IMG/VR virus record: IMGVR_UViG_2690316152_000010
DNA from: a virus
Lineage: Duplodnaviria; Heunggongvirae; Uroviricota; Caudoviricetes
Strand: one strand, 5' to 3'
DNA length: 17,538 bases
In this document: positions 15,964-17,538 of the stretch, piece by piece
Layout of the letters: each line of letters opens with the position of its first letter
Position numbering within the stretch: the first letter of the stretch is position 1
Program-made: the position numbers and the translations under genes
Notes under the pieces: model-generated
The model's database searches: none
Seen by the model: only the letters and a program-made list of their open reading frames with translations
Told to the model about the DNA's origin: nothing

Positions 15964-16577
15964 TGAGTAACACTGCAGTTCTGGATGAAAACGGTATCGC
16001 CACTGTAGCGGGCGATATCACTGTATATCACTATGACGAGGAAACCCGGGAATACACCTCATCCTCTGTGGAGTATCTCGCCCTTGGGGTGGGTACTCCG
16101 GCACATTCGTGCGCCGATGCACCGCCGGAGGCAATTTCGGGTTACGTGGTTTGCCGGACTGCCACGCTGAACGGGTGGGAGCATGTGCCTGATCACCGCG
16201 GCGAGACGGTATACAGCACGGAGAACGGTAACCCTGTTCTGATTACCCAACCGGGTGATTACCCGGCGGACACCACCACAAAACAGCCAGCCACGCCATG
16301 GGATACCTGGAACGGTGAGGCGTGGGTAACCGATACTGAACGGCAGCGAGCCGCAGAACTGGAGGTTGCCAGACAGCAACGCCAGCAACGGGTGAAACAG
16401 GCGATGGCGTCCGTCGATCTTATCAACCTCAAACTGCGTGCTGGTCGCAGTCTGACACCAGAAGAAACGGCAAAACTGAACGCCGTGCTGGATTATATCG
16501 ACGAGCTGAACGCACTGGATATCAGCACGGCACCTGAAATCAGCTGGCCGGAAGCGCCACTGGCACTTGCCAGTTGA
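15963..16577 (+). CDS. Tail fibre assembly chaperone (Tfa / P2 gpG / Mu U-like)
   Basis: 204 aa, directly after H with a TAATG stop/start overlap. C-terminal ...LTPEE.AKLNAVLDYIDELNALDISTAPEISWPE.P is typical of Tfa-family chaperones. Confidence 0.8.
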   Translation: MSNTAVLDENGIATVAGDITVYHYDEETREYTSSSVEYLALGVGTPAHSCADAPPEAISGYVVCRTATLNGWEHVPDHRGETVYSTENGNPVLITQPGDYPADTTTKQPATPWDTWNGEAWVTDTERQRAAELEVARQQRQQRVKQAMASVDLINLKLRAGRSLTPEETAKLNAVLDYIDELNALDISTAPEISWPEAPLALAS

Positions 16578-16583
16578 ACGGTA

Positions 16584-17060
16584 TCACGCCGCCCTCACGA
16601 TATAGTTAAACGCGATATTGCGGGGGCGGGTTATGTTAAAGAATGCTCCGTTTAATTCGGCTTTTGCGCGACTGTTTGTTCCACCCAGTATTGCGTACCA
16701 CAAATAATCGCTACGGTAATTCCCCGCAAACACCTTATCGCCGCCATAGTCAATATTATTTCCGTTACTCATGTACGAGATATCAAGCGCAGAATCGTTA
16801 TCGTCATGACCGCCGACCAGTGTACCTTTCTGCCATGAAAGCAACTTACGCCCCTCGTCAATCTTGCGCCCGTCGTCCCATCCACGGATAAACTCACCGC
16901 GTAAATCGGGAAGACTGAGGGTCGGGTAGACTCTGGCCAGAACAGGATATTGTTCTTTGGTGAACGTAGCTCCGTTGCACTGTAACCAGCCTGCTGGCGG
17001 TGTGGCGGTGGGCCATGGAACCGGTACACCAACAGGCAATGCAGAGCCTTCCCCCAAACC
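16584..17060 (-). CDS. Inverted copy of tail-fibre cassette B (promoterless variable C-terminal domain)
   Basis: Encoded 157-aa sequence is identical to 8658-9131. Converges on the tfa stop, 6 nt away. Confidence 0.75.
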   Translation of the reverse strand, partial: GLGEGSALPVGVPVPWPTATPPAGWLQCNGATFTKEQYPVLARVYPTLSLPDLRGEFIRGWDDGRKIDEGRKLLSWQKGTLVGGHDDNDSALDISYMSNGNNIDYGGDKVFAGNYRSDYLWYAILGGTNSRAKAELNGAFFNITRPRNIAFNYIVRAA

Positions 17061-17074
17061 AACGTTTTTATGCC
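17049..17074 (-). promoter_or_regulatory. Candidate invertase crossover site s4 (inverted copy of s2)
   Basis: Mirror image of 8641-8666 within the inverted repeat. Confidence 0.4.
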
Positions 17075-17532
17075 GCCCTTACGATATAATTAAAGGCAAT
17101 ATTACGAGGACGGTTTTCATTAGCTGTTGGCACGACACGAGAGGCGTCGAATCCAAGGTCATCGGTTTTGTCTATAGTAGTTGTGTTATTCGGCATTCTC
17201 GCTGATCGTGTTCCTGCATCGTAAAAAGCCCCTCTGATTGCATCAAAAGACATACCGATCCCGCCATCTGCGAATCCCTCAATATTTCTTATTGCATCCC
17301 CCTGTGAAGATAATAATTGTCGCCCGGCATCCACACCACGTCCGTCATCCCAGCCACGAATAAATTCACCGCGTAAATCGGGAAGACGGAGGGTCGGGTA
17401 GGCTCTGGCCAGAACAGGATATTGTTCTTTTGTAAAGGCGCGCCCGTCGCACTTTAACCAGCCTTCTGGCGGTGTGGCGGTGGGCCACGGAACCGGTACA
17501 CCAACAGGCAATGCAGAGCCTTCCCCCAAACC
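17068..17532 (-). CDS. Inverted copy of tail-fibre cassette A (promoterless variable C-terminal domain)
   Basis: Encoded sequence is identical to cassette A (8183-8647). Confidence 0.75.
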   Translation of the reverse strand, partial: GLGEGSALPVGVPVPWPTATPPEGWLKCDGRAFTKEQYPVLARAYPTLRLPDLRGEFIRGWDDGRGVDAGRQLLSSQGDAIRNIEGFADGGIGMSFDAIRGAFYDAGTRSARMPNNTTTIDKTDDLGFDASRVVPTANENRPRNIAFNYIVRAA

Positions 17533-17538
17533 AACGTT
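17521..17538 (-). promoter_or_regulatory. Candidate invertase crossover site s5 (inverted copy of s1), truncated by the window end
   Basis: Mirror image of 8177-8194. The outer half-site lies beyond the window. Confidence 0.3.

Larger units (their letters stand above)
1..17538. mobile_element. P2-like myovirus prophage or tailocin-like element, late-gene region (tail, baseplate, tail fibre, Ogr activator, invertase)
   Basis: Near-continuous set of ORFs with recognisable P2 tail/baseplate family signatures (FI, FII, E, T, U, D, R, S, V, W, J, I, H, tfa), an Ogr-type zinc-finger protein and a serine invertase. Short intergenic gaps and overlapping stop/start codons are typical of phage operons. 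Confidence 0.8.
16431..17538. repeat. Right arm of the large inverted repeat (partner 8177-9285), cut by the window end
   Basis: Reverse complement of 8177-9285. Covers the tfa 3' end and the inverted copies of cassettes B and A. The homology still holds at the last base of the window. Confidence 0.9.

Overview
The window is the late (tail/baseplate/tail-fibre) region of a P2-like myovirus prophage or tailocin-like element, of enterobacterial type. Gene content is P2-like but the order is not: minus-strand hok-like toxin, ogr and D; plus-strand FI sheath, FII tube, E/E', T tape measure and U; a minus-strand Hin/Gin/Cin/Pin-family invertase; two promoterless tail-fibre C-terminal cassettes; a 3' tfa remnant; a nanS/YjhS-like esterase ORF that looks 5'-truncated; then R, S, V, W, J, I, H and tfa on the plus strand; then the same two cassettes again, inverted. 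The most notable feature is a multi-cassette tail-fibre switching system: three alternative receptor-binding C-termini, each beginning with the same ~65-bp junction sequence, next to the invertase. The cassette pair, its junction sequences and the tfa 3' end form an apparently perfect inverted repeat of at least 1.1 kb (8177-9285 and 16431-17538, cut by the window end) that brackets the whole 7.1-kb baseplate and fibre module. All protein assignments rest on recalled family signatures and reading the sequence; no database search was run.
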